DNA from: Escherichia coli O111:H8
GTDB lineage: Bacteria; Pseudomonadota; Gammaproteobacteria; Enterobacterales; Enterobacteriaceae
DNA: 32,000 nucleotides
Assembly: GCF_050704245.1 (NCBI RefSeq)
Contig: NZ_CP077585.1
Reading direction: 5' to 3' (one strand)
Positions 18,818 to 28,061 of this stretch are shown in pieces. Made by a program: the position numbers and the translations under genes. Within the stretch, counting starts at the first letter, position 1. Each line of letters opens with the position of its first letter. The notes beneath the pieces are model-generated. The model did no database searches, had not been told where the DNA came from, and was given only the letters and a program-made list of their open reading frames with translations.

Positions 18818-20038
18818 TTAATACGATAGCGGAATATGTATATATTCGTCTGGGCGGGAGATGTTGATACCATCTTTAGGATCAATCGCGTCTATGACAT
18901 AGCCTCCTTTCAGAATGCTACCAATTCCCAGGCTTGTACCGTTATCAAGAGCAATTGTTGGATTCGTCATCGTGCCGCTGATTCTGAGTATTTTTCCAGG
19001 AAAGATATCTGCTGAAATGTACGGTTGAATATTCTGAAATAGTATCTTTACGTTACTATTTTTGTTCATTGCATTTATAATGGCAAGGATCTTACTCTCG
19101 TTCTGTTGAGAAACTTCCCCCGCAACAATGATGACATCATTCTTTTTGAAAATATTGACATAGTTTATTAATTTATTCTTCTTAAACTCTGATGCCAGTT
19201 CATTGATTTTATTGTTACTGTTGTTGTGTATTTCCCATCCAGCAACTCCCGGCGTATTCAGTAACAGATTTTCAACTTCGCTCCATTTGGGTGAAGGGGG
19301 AATGTATCCCGATAACAGAAAGAATCCAGGCTTATTACCTTTTGTAATGATGATATCTTTATAACCGTATTCCGTTAAAATATCATTAATTGCGGATATG
19401 ATTTGGTTATTGCAAATGATATTATTGTAATAAAAAATATTATTTTCTTTCAGGTAATTGAAAAATGGAGTTAAATCCGTGGTTGATTCGCAACGCCCAT
19501 AAAGCGCGATATTTTTCCCATGCCATACCAGGGTGATTGCATAAAGTTTGTTTTCTTTTAGCTGCTGATATACATCAGCTCTGGTAAACGTTGGGAGTTC
19601 AGCTTTTGGGGAAAGCAAAACGTAACTGCCGATGGCTCCAGACAACGCAATAGCGGCACCAATCACGCCTGCCAGGATAAGACGCTTTTTGCGTTGATTC
19701 CTGGCAGAGAACCTTTCTGGCATATCAGACAATGGCAGGGCGTGGTCAATATCACCAATGATGAAGCCACACCCCGCTATATCGATGACCTTTCCGATAG
19801 GTAATGGTTGATCTGCTTCATAGGGAGTGGGCTGTCCATCAATCCAAAATTCAATTGGAGATAAAAGGAAAACACCTTCCTCACGTATATCAAGTAAAAA
19901 CTGATTGAGGCCTTGTTCAAGGGGAAAGTAAACAATATCGTTATCTTCTGTGCCTATCGTTAGGTTTCCCATCGGAAGTTGTAATTCCCGATTACGCATT
20001 GCACCATTGAGAAGTTTTATTTTATATGAGGATAACAT
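18818..20038 (-). CDS. escD: EscD (SctD), inner-membrane ring protein with FHA-like domain
   Basis: 406 aa, FHA-like N-terminus, single TM (LILAGVIGAAIALSGAIGSYVLL), periplasmic ring domains; encoded opposite to eae and sepL. Confidence 0.95.
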   Translation of the reverse strand: MLSSYKIKLLNGAMRNRELQLPMGNLTIGTEDNDIVYFPLEQGLNQFLLDIREEGVFLLSPIEFWIDGQPTPYEADQPLPIGKVIDIAGCGFIIGDIDHALPLSDMPERFSARNQRKKRLILAGVIGAAIALSGAIGSYVLLSPKAELPTFTRADVYQQLKENKLYAITLVWHGKNIALYGRCESTTDLTPFFNYLKENNIFYYNNIICNNQIISAINDILTEYGYKDIIITKGNKPGFFLLSGYIPPSPKWSEVENLLLNTPGVAGWEIHNNSNNKINELASEFKKNKLINYVNIFKKNDVIIVAGEVSQQNESKILAIINAMNKNSNVKILFQNIQPYISADIFPGKILRISGTMTNPTIALDNGTSLGIGSILKGGYVIDAIDPKDGINISRPDEYIHIPLSY

Positions 20039-20180
20039 TTTTAAATTTTATTCGTCCTGGTGGTTGAACAATGAGAAAAAATATGGTGAACTTACACTGA
20101 CTAAGAATAGAGTAGAAAGGAAGCTGTTGTACAGTACTATTTAATGGAATATTCATAATTAATGTTTACGTGAGTTTCCA

Positions 20181-21236
20181 ATGGCTAATGGTATTGAATT
20201 TAATCAAAACACCGCATCTATTTTCAATTCTAATTCATTAGATTTTGAATTGGAATCTCAACAATTAACGCAAAAAAGCTCTTCTAATAGCAATTCTCCA
20301 TTATTAAATTTACAAAATGAATTAGCGATGATTACCAGTTCGTCGCTTTCTGAAACGATTGAAGGGCTAAGCCTAGGGTATCGCAAAGGTAGCGCCAGGA
20401 AAGAAGAGGAAGGTACGACAACGGAGAAGCTGCTCAATGATATGCAAGAGCTGCTTACTCTGACCGATAGCGATAAACTAAAAGAACTATCATTAAAGAA
20501 CAGTGGGCTGCTGGAACAGCATGATCCTAACTTGGCTATGTTTGGTAATATGCCAAAAGGGGAAATTGTCGCGCTCATATCTTCTCTATTGCAATCAAAG
20601 TTTGTTAAGATTGAATTAAAAAAGAAATATGCCAAATTATTATTAGAATTATTAGGCGAAGATGATTGGGAGTTGGCTCTGCTTTCCTGGTTAGGGGTGG
20701 GTGAGTTAAATCAGGAAGGTATCCAGAAGATCAAGAAGCTTTATGAAAAGGCTAAGGACGAGGACTCTGAAAACGGAGCCTCTTTACTTGACTGGTTTAT
20801 GGAGGTCAAGGATCTTCCAGAGCGTGAGAAGCACTTAAAGGTTATTATTAGGGCGCTATCGTTCGATCTTTCTTATATGTCTTCTTTTGAAGACAAGGTA
20901 AAAACATCTTCAATTATTAGCGATTTATGCCGGATAATCGTTTTTTTATCGCTTGATAACTATACAGATATTATTGCAATCTCCATTAAGAAAGATAAAG
21001 ATGTCATTTTAAATGAAGTGTTATCTATTATTGAACATGTATGGCTAACAGAAGACTGGCTACTGGAAAGCCCTTCTCGGGTATCGATAGTCGAAGATAA
21101 ACATGTTTATTATTTCCATTTATTGAAAGACTTTTTTGCATCATTACCCGATGCTTGTTTTATTGATAACGAGCAGAGGGATAATACATTATTAATGATT
21201 GGCAAAGTAATTGATTATAAGGAGGATGTTATGTGA
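20181..21236 (+). CDS. sepL: SepL, T3SS gatekeeper
   Basis: 351 aa, MANGIEFNQNTASIFNSNSLDFELESQQLTQKSSSNSNSPLLNLQNELAMITSSSLSETIEGLSLGYRKGSARKE... Confidence 0.97.
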   Translation: MANGIEFNQNTASIFNSNSLDFELESQQLTQKSSSNSNSPLLNLQNELAMITSSSLSETIEGLSLGYRKGSARKEEEGTTTEKLLNDMQELLTLTDSDKLKELSLKNSGLLEQHDPNLAMFGNMPKGEIVALISSLLQSKFVKIELKKKYAKLLLELLGEDDWELALLSWLGVGELNQEGIQKIKKLYEKAKDEDSENGASLLDWFMEVKDLPEREKHLKVIIRALSFDLSYMSSFEDKVKTSSIISDLCRIIVFLSLDNYTDIIAISIKKDKDVILNEVLSIIEHVWLTEDWLLESPSRVSIVEDKHVYYFHLLKDFFASLPDACFIDNEQRDNTLLMIGKVIDYKEDVM

Positions 21237-21294
21237 TTTAATTGTTTTTTAATAGTTTTTGTCATGCTAAAAAAGATTATTAAGAGGTATATAC

Positions 21295-21873
21295 ATGGAT
21301 ACATTAAATACAGCATCAGTTGCTAGTACGAATGCGAGTACTTCGACATCGCTGACCTATGATTTAGGGAGCATGTCGAAAGATCAGGTTGTTGAACTAT
21401 TCAATAAACTCGGTGTTTTTCAGGCTGCGCTTCTCATGTTTTCCTATATGTATCAGGCACAAAGCGATCTGTCGATTGCAAAGTTTGCTGATATGAATGA
21501 GGCATCTAAGGCGTCAACCACTGCCCAAAAAATGGCGAATCTTGTGGATGCTAAAATTGCTGAGGTTCAGAGTAGCTCCGACAAGAATGCGAAGGCTCAA
21601 CTTCCTAAAGAAGTGCTTGACTATATAAATGATCCTCGCAATGACGTTACAATAAGTGGTATTACCGATCTAAATGCTGCATTAGGCGCTGGTGATTTGC
21701 AAACGGTGAAAGCAGCTATTTCAGCTCAAGCGAATAATTTGACAACGACGGTGAATAATAGCCAGCTTGAAATACAGCAAATGTCAAATACGTTAAACCT
21801 ATTAACGAGTGCACGTTCTGATATGCAGTCACTGCAATTCAGAACTATATCATCAATATCCCTTGGTAAATAA
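21295..21873 (+). CDS. espA: EspA, translocation filament protein
   Basis: 192 aa, ...STSLTYDLGSMSKDQVVELFNKLGVFQAALLMFSYMYQAQSDLSIAKFADMNEASK...QFRTISSISLGK. Confidence 0.98.
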   Translation: MDTLNTASVASTNASTSTSLTYDLGSMSKDQVVELFNKLGVFQAALLMFSYMYQAQSDLSIAKFADMNEASKASTTAQKMANLVDAKIAEVQSSSDKNAKAQLPKEVLDYINDPRNDVTISGITDLNAALGAGDLQTVKAAISAQANNLTTTVNNSQLEIQQMSNTLNLLTSARSDMQSLQFRTISSISLGK

Positions 21874-21885
21874 CCGGAGATAACT

Positions 21886-23028
21886 ATGCTTAATGTAAAT
21901 AGCGATATCCAGTCTGTGATGTCTGGGGTCAGTGCCGCTACGACTACTTCAGGTATTAATCAACCTGGAGGGTCTTCCGCGCTGGATTTACAGCTGGTTA
22001 AATCCGCTGCCCCATCAGCAAGTTGGACAGAAAGTACCGCTTTACCAACGCCGCCGGCAGGCCACTCATTAGTGACGCCCTCTGTTGCTGAAGATGTTTT
22101 GAGCAAACTTTTTGGCGGCATTAGTGGTGATGTTATGAGCCGCACTAGTGGGACAGAACCACAGAGTAGTACACAAAGTACAACCTCTGGCTATCCTTAT
22201 CTTTCTCAGGTGAATAAGGTTGACCCTCAGACAATGATGATGATGGCCACTCTGTTATCCCTGGATGCCTCAGCGCAGAAAGTTGCGAGTATGAAGAACT
22301 CCAACGAGATCTACAAGGATGGACAAAATCAAGCGCTGGAAAATAAAACTCTGGAATTTAAAAAACAGCTTGAAGAACAACAGAAAGCCGAAGAGAAAGC
22401 ACAAAAAAGTAAAATTGTTGGTCAGGTCTTTGGTTGGTTAGGGGTTGCGGTAACTGCTGTTGCAGCTATTTTTAACCCAGCTCTCTGGGCTGTTGTTGCT
22501 GTTAGTGCAACAGCAATGGCGCTGCAAACTGCGGTTGATGTTATGGGCGATAAGGCTCCGCAGGCGTTAAAAACAGCAGCGCAAGCTTTTGGCGGTCTAT
22601 CTCTTGCCGCAGGTATTCTGACAGCCGGCATTGGCGGGGTGTCTTCACTTATGTCTAAAGTTGGCGATGTGGCTGGCAAAGTGGGTTCAAACATCGTAAA
22701 AGCGGTCACTACGTTGGCCGACACTCTTGTCGAAAACGTTGCATCGAAAATTTCGGCTGTGGCAAATGGTTTAACCACTTCTTCGCGCTCTATTGGTACA
22801 ACTGTGCTGAATAATGACGCAGCGAATCATAATCTGTTATCACAGATTTCTTCTTTTGTTGTGGAAAATTTAACTCGACAAAGTGAAAGCTTAAGTCAGA
22901 GTGCGAAGGCAGAGCTGGATAAAGCCGCACTCGAGGTGCAAAACCAGGCGAATTATATACAGAGTGCTTCTAAGCTAATTTCTGATTCTGCGCGAGTGAA
23001 TAGCCGTATTGTCAGCGGTCGAGTTTAA
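21886..23028 (+). CDS. espD: EspD, translocon pore protein
   Basis: 380 aa, SseC-like hydrophobic segments and C-terminal coiled coil; located between espA and espB. Confidence 0.97.
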   Translation: MLNVNSDIQSVMSGVSAATTTSGINQPGGSSALDLQLVKSAAPSASWTESTALPTPPAGHSLVTPSVAEDVLSKLFGGISGDVMSRTSGTEPQSSTQSTTSGYPYLSQVNKVDPQTMMMMATLLSLDASAQKVASMKNSNEIYKDGQNQALENKTLEFKKQLEEQQKAEEKAQKSKIVGQVFGWLGVAVTAVAAIFNPALWAVVAVSATAMALQTAVDVMGDKAPQALKTAAQAFGGLSLAAGILTAGIGGVSSLMSKVGDVAGKVGSNIVKAVTTLADTLVENVASKISAVANGLTTSSRSIGTTVLNNDAANHNLLSQISSFVVENLTRQSESLSQSAKAELDKAALEVQNQANYIQSASKLISDSARVNSRIVSGRV

Positions 23029-23048
23029 TTGTTAAAGAGGCGTTTATA

Positions 23049-24011
23049 ATGAATACTATCGATAATAACAATGCGGCAATCGCAGTTAATTCTGTTTTGA
23101 GCAGCACGACTGGCAGCGCCAGTTCAACAACGACATCAACCTCGTCAATCAGTTCATCTTTACTTACTGATGGCAGAGTGGATATTTCTAGGCTTCTGCT
23201 GGAGATTCAAAAACTGTTGCGTGAGATGGTCACCACATTGCAAGATTATCTTCAGAAGCAATTGGCGCAAAGCTATGACATCCAACTAGCCGTTTTTGAG
23301 AGCCAAAATAAAGCTATTAGTGAGAAAAAAGCCGGTGCGACAGCTGCTCTGATTGGTGGTGCTATCTCATCTGTCCTGGGGATTTTAGGCTCTTTTGCTG
23401 CCATTAATAGCGCAACGAAAGGAGCGAGTGATGCCGTTCAGCAAGCCGCTTCTACTTCTGCGAAGTCTATCAGTACAGCCTCTGAAGCTTCAACTAAAGC
23501 ACTGGCGAAGGCTTCCGAAAGTATTGCAGATGCAGCAGATGATGCAGCCTCAGTGCAGCAAACTATCGCGGCAGCTGCAAAAGCGGCCAGTCGTACATCT
23601 GGTGTCACTGATGATGTGGCTGCTTCTGCTCAGAAAGCTTCTCAAGTAGCTGAAGAGGCTGCTGGTGCTGCTCAAGAATTAGCAGAGAAGGCAGGATTAT
23701 TAAGTCGCTTTACTGCTGCTGCTGGAAGGATTTCCGGTTCTACGTCATTTATTGTTGTTACCAGCCTTGCTGAAGGTACGAAAACATTGCCAACAACGAT
23801 ATCTGAATCTGTCAAGTCCAATCATGATATCAGTGAGCAGCGTGCTAAATCTGTAGAAAATCTCCAGGCGTCGAATTTAGAGAACTACAAACAGGATGTT
23901 CGCAGAACGCAGGATGATATCTCTAGCCGTCTGCGTGATATGACAACGACAGCCCGTGACCTTACCGACCTTATTAATCGCCTGGGGCAATCGGCTCGCT
24001 TAGCTGGGTAA
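23049..24011 (+). CDS. espB: EspB, translocon protein
   Basis: 320 aa, MNTIDNNNAAIAVNSVLSSTTGSASSTTTSTSS..., alanine-rich central region; located downstream of espD. Confidence 0.97.
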   Translation: MNTIDNNNAAIAVNSVLSSTTGSASSTTTSTSSISSSLLTDGRVDISRLLLEIQKLLREMVTTLQDYLQKQLAQSYDIQLAVFESQNKAISEKKAGATAALIGGAISSVLGILGSFAAINSATKGASDAVQQAASTSAKSISTASEASTKALAKASESIADAADDAASVQQTIAAAAKAASRTSGVTDDVAASAQKASQVAEEAAGAAQELAEKAGLLSRFTAAAGRISGSTSFIVVTSLAEGTKTLPTTISESVKSNHDISEQRAKSVENLQASNLENYKQDVRRTQDDISSRLRDMTTTARDLTDLINRLGQSARLAG

Positions 24012-24017
24012 TTGATC

Positions 24018-24425
24018 ATGGTCGATACGTTTAATGATGAAGTGCTTAATCACTATCTTGAACAAAAAGGGTACACAATACAGAAGGAGTTTCTTTGTGG
24101 CAGTGCCTTTTTTATCGGATGGCGGATTGAGACACCTTTTTTCTCATTAGCGTACAGACTGGATGAACAAGAACTGATTTTGTGCTCTTTTGAAGCACGT
24201 AACCAAACAGGGCTTAACGGCCCTGTTTTATCACTGACTCGTTTGCTCGAAGAGTTGTATCACCATTTTTCGGGTATTAAGAAAATCAGTGCGATGAAAT
24301 CTAAGATTGGTTCAGATTCAGAACGTCAAAAGCGCGAAGAGTTGTTTAATTATTTCATCAGAAAGGGTGCCGTGCAGCAAGAAACAGAAGACGGAATTTG
24401 GTTCATAATGAATGTAAATAGTTAG
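24018..24425 (+). CDS. cesD2: CesD2, translocator chaperone
   Basis: The ORF track opens at TTG 24012; ATG 24018 gives MVDTFNDEVLNHYLEQKGYTIQKEF... (135 aa), located between espB and escF. Confidence 0.9.
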   Translation: MVDTFNDEVLNHYLEQKGYTIQKEFLCGSAFFIGWRIETPFFSLAYRLDEQELILCSFEARNQTGLNGPVLSLTRLLEELYHHFSGIKKISAMKSKIGSDSERQKREELFNYFIRKGAVQQETEDGIWFIMNVNS

Positions 24426-24459
24426 GGATTTTTATTTTATTAACTATTAAGGAGATTTA

Positions 24460-24681
24460 ATGAATTTATCTGAAATTACTCAACAAATGGGTGAGGTAGG
24501 TAAAACACTGAGCGATTCTGTGCCAGAGTTACTTAATAGCACCGATTTGGTTAATGACCCTGAAAAAATGTTAGAGTTGCAGTTTGCGGTTCAGCAATAT
24601 TCTGCTTATGTTAACGTAGAAAGTGGAATGCTGAAAACGATAAAAGATCTGGTCTCAACCATTTCCAACCGTAGCTTTTAA
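24460..24681 (+). CDS. escF: EscF (SctF), needle protein
   Basis: 73 aa, MNLSEITQQMGEVGKTLSDSVPELLNSTDLVNDPEKMLELQFAVQQYSAYVNVESGMLKTIKDLVSTISNRSF. Confidence 0.97.
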   Translation: MNLSEITQQMGEVGKTLSDSVPELLNSTDLVNDPEKMLELQFAVQQYSAYVNVESGMLKTIKDLVSTISNRSF

Positions 24682-24686
24682 TTTTT

Positions 24687-24965
24687 ATGGTTAATGATGT
24701 TTCTGCCAATAAGATACTGGTGTGGGCAGCTGTAGCCGCGGCAAATCATAAGCTTCCCAAATATGCGGAAGCTATCCTGAATGTATTTCCGCAAATTATA
24801 CCTGATAAAAAAGATATCGCACATTTAGAATTTATTATCTTATTCGGATTAAATAGAAAAAATGATGCGGTAAAGGCTTTGGAGAACTGTATGGATGATG
24901 AGACGAGTCAGTTATTGTACAGTTTGGTCCATGAGAATGGTAGTGGCTGGGTACGAGGATTTTAA
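24687..24965 (+). CDS. escG: EscG (Orf29), needle chaperone
   Basis: 92 aa, TPR-like, immediately downstream of escF. Confidence 0.88.
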   Translation: MVNDVSANKILVWAAVAAANHKLPKYAEAILNVFPQIIPDKKDIAHLEFIILFGLNRKNDAVKALENCMDDETSQLLYSLVHENGSGWVRGF

Positions 24966-25160
24966 TTTATATTGATTTAAAATAATTTAATTATTTGTTT
25001 TGATATATTATGAGAGTTCGCCAGGCATTCATCATATCAGAATGATAAATACAGCTGTACAAAAGTATTCATATTTCCATATGCATTTAATTTAATGAGT
25101 TATAGTTTTAATATGAATTAATAATAACCCCAATTAATTAGATATAAAGAGACATAAATT

Positions 25161-25949
25161 ATGCTTAATGGAATTAGTAACGCTGTTTCTACAATAGGGC
25201 TGCATCTTAGAGGTGTCGCAAGTCGAGTGGGCTCTGCGGGGGTATCTGGATTTTCTGTAGCCCCTCAGACTGTGCGTCTTACTCCGGTGAGATTTCATTC
25301 CCCTTTTTCTCCAGGTTCGTCGAATATTAATGCGAGAACGACTTTTAATATGAGTCATATGAGTCAGATGAGTCAGATGAGTCGTATGAGTCAGATGGCG
25401 ACTTCATTTACTCCTACTCGCCCGGCACCACCGCCACCGACAAGTGGACAGGCATCCGGGTCTGCCGGGCTACCGCCCATTGCACAGGCATTAAAAGATC
25501 ATTTAGCTGCCTATGAACTATCGAAAGCGTCTGAGACTGTAAGCTTTAAGCCAACCCGTCAGGCACCCCCGCCACCAACAAGTGGACAGGCATCCGAGTC
25601 TGGTGGACTACCGCCCATTGCACAGGCATTAAAAGATCATTTAGCTGCCTATGAACTATCGAAAGCGTCTGAGACTGTAAGCTTTAAGCCAACCCGTCAG
25701 GCACCCCCGCCACCAACAAGTGGACAGGCATCCGAGTCTGGTGGACTACCGCCCATTGCACAGGCATTAAAAGATCATTTAGCTGCCTATGAACTATCGA
25801 AAGCGTCTGAGACTGTAAGCTTTAAGCCAACCCGTCAGGCACCCCCGCCACCAACAAGTGGACAGGCATCCGAGTCTGGTGGACTACCGCCCATTGCACA
25901 GGCATTAAAAGATCATTTAGCTGCCTATGAGCAATCGAAAAAAGTATAA
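25161..25949 (+). CDS. espF: EspF, multifunctional effector with proline-rich repeats
   Basis: 262 aa, MLNGISNAVSTIGLHLRGVASRVGSAGVSGFSVAPQ...; four SNX9/N-WASP-type repeats R(P/Q)APPPPTSGQAS...LPPIAQALKDHLAAYE. Confidence 0.96.
   Translation: MLNGISNAVSTIGLHLRGVASRVGSAGVSGFSVAPQTVRLTPVRFHSPFSPGSSNINARTTFNMSHMSQMSQMSRMSQMATSFTPTRPAPPPPTSGQASGSAGLPPIAQALKDHLAAYELSKASETVSFKPTRQAPPPPTSGQASESGGLPPIAQALKDHLAAYELSKASETVSFKPTRQAPPPPTSGQASESGGLPPIAQALKDHLAAYELSKASETVSFKPTRQAPPPPTSGQASESGGLPPIAQALKDHLAAYEQSKKV
25350..25394 (+). repeat. In-frame 9-bp minisatellite (ATGAGTCAN-type, 5 copies) in espF
   Basis: ATGAGTCAT ATGAGTCAG ATGAGTCAG ATGAGTCGT ATGAGTCAG, encoding MSHMSQMSQMSRMSQ. Confidence 0.95.
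25412..25949 (+). repeat. Four tandem proline-rich repeats of espF, 138-bp (46-aa) period
   Basis: 'agctttaag' junctions at 25542, 25680 and 25818 give an exact 138-bp spacing. The third and fourth units appear identical to the second by eye up to the terminal divergence. Confidence 0.93.
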
Positions 25950-26028
25950 TCAACTAATTTAAAACGATTAACCGGTGTTGATTATTTATTTGCCAACTAA
26001 TAAAAGCCGATATCAAACTGTGTAGTAA

Positions 26029-26155
26029 TATACTCGTCATACTTCAAGTTGCATGTGTTGCGACTGCGTTCGCTCCCCCCAGTCACTTACTTATGTAAGC
26101 TTCTGGGGGTTCACTCGCTTGCCACCTTCCTGCAATTCGAATTATTTAGAGTATA
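26029..26155. repeat. ERIC (enterobacterial repetitive intergenic consensus) element, 127 bp
   Basis: TATACTCGTCATACTTCAAGTTGCATG...CGCTCCCCCCAGTCACTTACTTATGTAAGCTTCTGGGGGTTCAC...AATTATTTAGAGTATA; it contains near-matches to both standard ERIC primer sites and is 127 bp long. Confidence 0.92.
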
Positions 26156-26308
26156 AATATAATTAGTAATATCGGTTTTTATTGGGGGGATTGTAATTAA
26201 TAATGTATTATTATACGGTGAAAGTGGAGAAAGGGGCGTTTTGTTAAAAGCGCACATAGCTCAAAAGTCTGTTCGCTATTGATTGTGATAATCTGAAAGG
26301 CTGTAAAC

Positions 26309-26398
26309 TCAGGTGTACTGGCAATAGCGGACACAACCATTTGTTCTTTTTTTACGCAGTTATCTGATAATATTTTCCTGAAGGCTGCCGGGGAGATA
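26309..26398 (+). mobile_element. Possible left-end remnant of an older IS3-family element
   Basis: TCAGGTGTACTGGCAATAGCGGACAC resembles the IS3 left end TGATCTTACCCAGCAATAGTGGACAC; it is interrupted by the intact IS3 at 26399. Confidence 0.5.
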
Positions 26399-26463
26399 TG
26401 ATCTTACCCAGCAATAGTGGACACGCGGCTAAGTGAGTAAACTCTCAGTCAGAGGTGACTCAC

Positions 26464-26763
26464 ATGACAAAAACAGTATCAACCAGTAAAAAACCCCGTA
26501 AACAGCATTCGCCTGAATTTCGCAGTGAAGCCCTGAAGCTTGCTGAACGCATCGGTGTTACTGCCGCAGCCCGTGAACTCAGCCTGTATGAATCACAGCT
26601 CTACAACTGGCGCAGTAAACAGCAAAATCAGCAGACGTCTTCTGAACGTGAACTGGAGATGTCTACCGAGATTGCACGTCTCAAACGCCAGCTGGCAGAA
26701 CGGGATGAAGAGCTGGCTATCCTCCAAAAGGCCGCGACATACTTCGCGAAGCGCCTGAAATGA
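26464..26763 (+). CDS. insE: IS3 InsE (OrfA)
   Basis: [55 protein letters not shown]...; the ORF track start at 26455 is 3 codons upstream. Confidence 0.95.
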   Translation: MTKTVSTSKKPRKQHSPEFRSEALKLAERIGVTAAARELSLYESQLYNWRSKQQNQQTSSERELEMSTEIARLKRQLAERDEELAILQKAATYFAKRLK

Positions 26764-27626
26764 AGTATGTCTTTATTGAAAAACATCAGGCTGAGTTCAG
26801 CATCAAAGCAATGTGCCGCGTGCTCCGGGTGGCCCGCAGCGGCTGGTATACGTGGTGTCAGCGGCGGACAAGGATAAGCACGCGTCAGCAGTTCCGCCAA
26901 CACTGCGACAGCGTTGTCCTCGCGGCTTTTACCCGGTCAAAACAGCGTTACGGTGCCCCACGCCTGACGGATGAACTGCGTGCTCAGGGTTACCCCTTTA
27001 ACGTAAAAACCGTGGCGGCAAGCCTGCGCCGTCAGGGACTGAGGGCAAAGGCCTCCCGGAAGTTCAGCCCGGTCAGCTACCGCGCACACGGCCTGCCTGT
27101 GTCAGAAAATCTGTTGGAGCAGGATTTTTACGCCAGTGGCCCGAACCAGAAGTGGGCAGGAGACATCACGTACTTACGTACAGATGAAGGCTGGCTGTAT
27201 CTGGCAGTGGTCATTGACCTGTGGTCACGTGCCGTTATTGGCTGGTCAATGTCGCCACGCATGACGGCGCAACTGGCCTGCGATGCCCTGCAGATGGCGC
27301 TGTGGTGGCGTAAGAGGCCCCGGAACGTTATCGTTCACACGGACCGTGGAGGCCAGTACTGTTCAGCAGATTATCAGGCGCAACTGAAGCGGCATAATCT
27401 GCGTGGAAGTATGAGCGCAAAAGGTTGCTGCTACGATAATGCCTGCGTGGAAAGCTTCTTTCATTCGCTGAAAGTGGAATGTATCCATGGAGAACACTTT
27501 ATCAGCCGGGAAATAATGCGGGCAACGGTATTTAATTATATCGAATGTGATTACAATCGGTGGCGGCGGCACAGTTGGTGTGGCGGCCTCAGTCCGGAAC
27601 AATTTGAAAACAAGAACCTCGCTTAG
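26760..27626 (+). CDS. insF: IS3 InsF (OrfB) DDE transposase
   Basis: 288 aa, [32 protein letters not shown]...; ATGA overlap with insE. Confidence 0.96.
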   Translation: MKYVFIEKHQAEFSIKAMCRVLRVARSGWYTWCQRRTRISTRQQFRQHCDSVVLAAFTRSKQRYGAPRLTDELRAQGYPFNVKTVAASLRRQGLRAKASRKFSPVSYRAHGLPVSENLLEQDFYASGPNQKWAGDITYLRTDEGWLYLAVVIDLWSRAVIGWSMSPRMTAQLACDALQMALWWRKRPRNVIVHTDRGGQYCSADYQAQLKRHNLRGSMSAKGCCYDNACVESFFHSLKVECIHGEHFISREIMRATVFNYIECDYNRWRRHSWCGGLSPEQFENKNLA

Positions 27627-27656
27627 GCCTGTGTCCATATTACGTGGGTAGGATCA

Positions 27657-27785
27657 GAAGCCCGCAGTGATATTTTTGATTACATCGAAATGTTTTATAA
27701 CAGTAAGCGTCGGCATGGTACTAGCGAACAGATGTCACCGACAGAATATGAAAACCAGTATTATCAACGGCTCGGAAGTGTCTAG
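27657..27785 (+). pseudogene. C-terminal fragment of another IS3-family OrfB transposase
   Basis: Hand translation EARSDIFDYIEMFYNSKRRHGTSEQMSPTEYENQYYQRLGSV* starting right after the IS3 right end, followed by an end-like sequence ...GTGTCTAGATTATCCGTGGCGATTCA. Confidence 0.85.
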
Positions 27786-28061
27786 ATTATCCGTGGCGAT
27801 TCAGAAAGCCAGTGTCTCTAAATCAATCATTAATGGTATATTTTATCGTCACAATAAAAATTATCTAAATTCTATTACTTATGTAAATAATCACAACCTT
27901 TTTATAGACACAAAAACTATGGCTGACGCATCACTTGCAATCAATTATCCGTCATTAGATTAATATTTTCACTTATTTTTCAGAAGGTAAAAATAACTTT
28001 CTATGCGTTTAAAATACCCGCTATAAATATCTTGTATATTATTGACACTATATGATGCTAT

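Larger units (their letters stand above)
26399..27656 (+). mobile_element. IS3, complete copy (1258 bp)
   Basis: Left end TGATCTTACCCAGCAATAGTGGACAC and right end GTGTCCATATTACGTGGGTAGGATCA define exactly 1258 bp around InsE and InsF. Confidence 0.95.

Noticed and set aside
23395-23649. 84-aa ORF in an alternative frame within espB.
   Set aside because: Low-complexity alanine-rich coding DNA generates long open alternative frames; no independent evidence of expression.
25134-25358. Minus-strand ORF opposite the espF 5' end.
   Set aside because: Shadow ORF generated by the espF N-terminus and the ATGAGTCAN repeats.
27667-27963. 98-aa ORF between IS3 and espG.
   Set aside because: It starts out of frame inside the old OrfB fragment (the real frame reads FDYIEMFYNSKRRHG...YQRLGSV), so it is a chance ORF.
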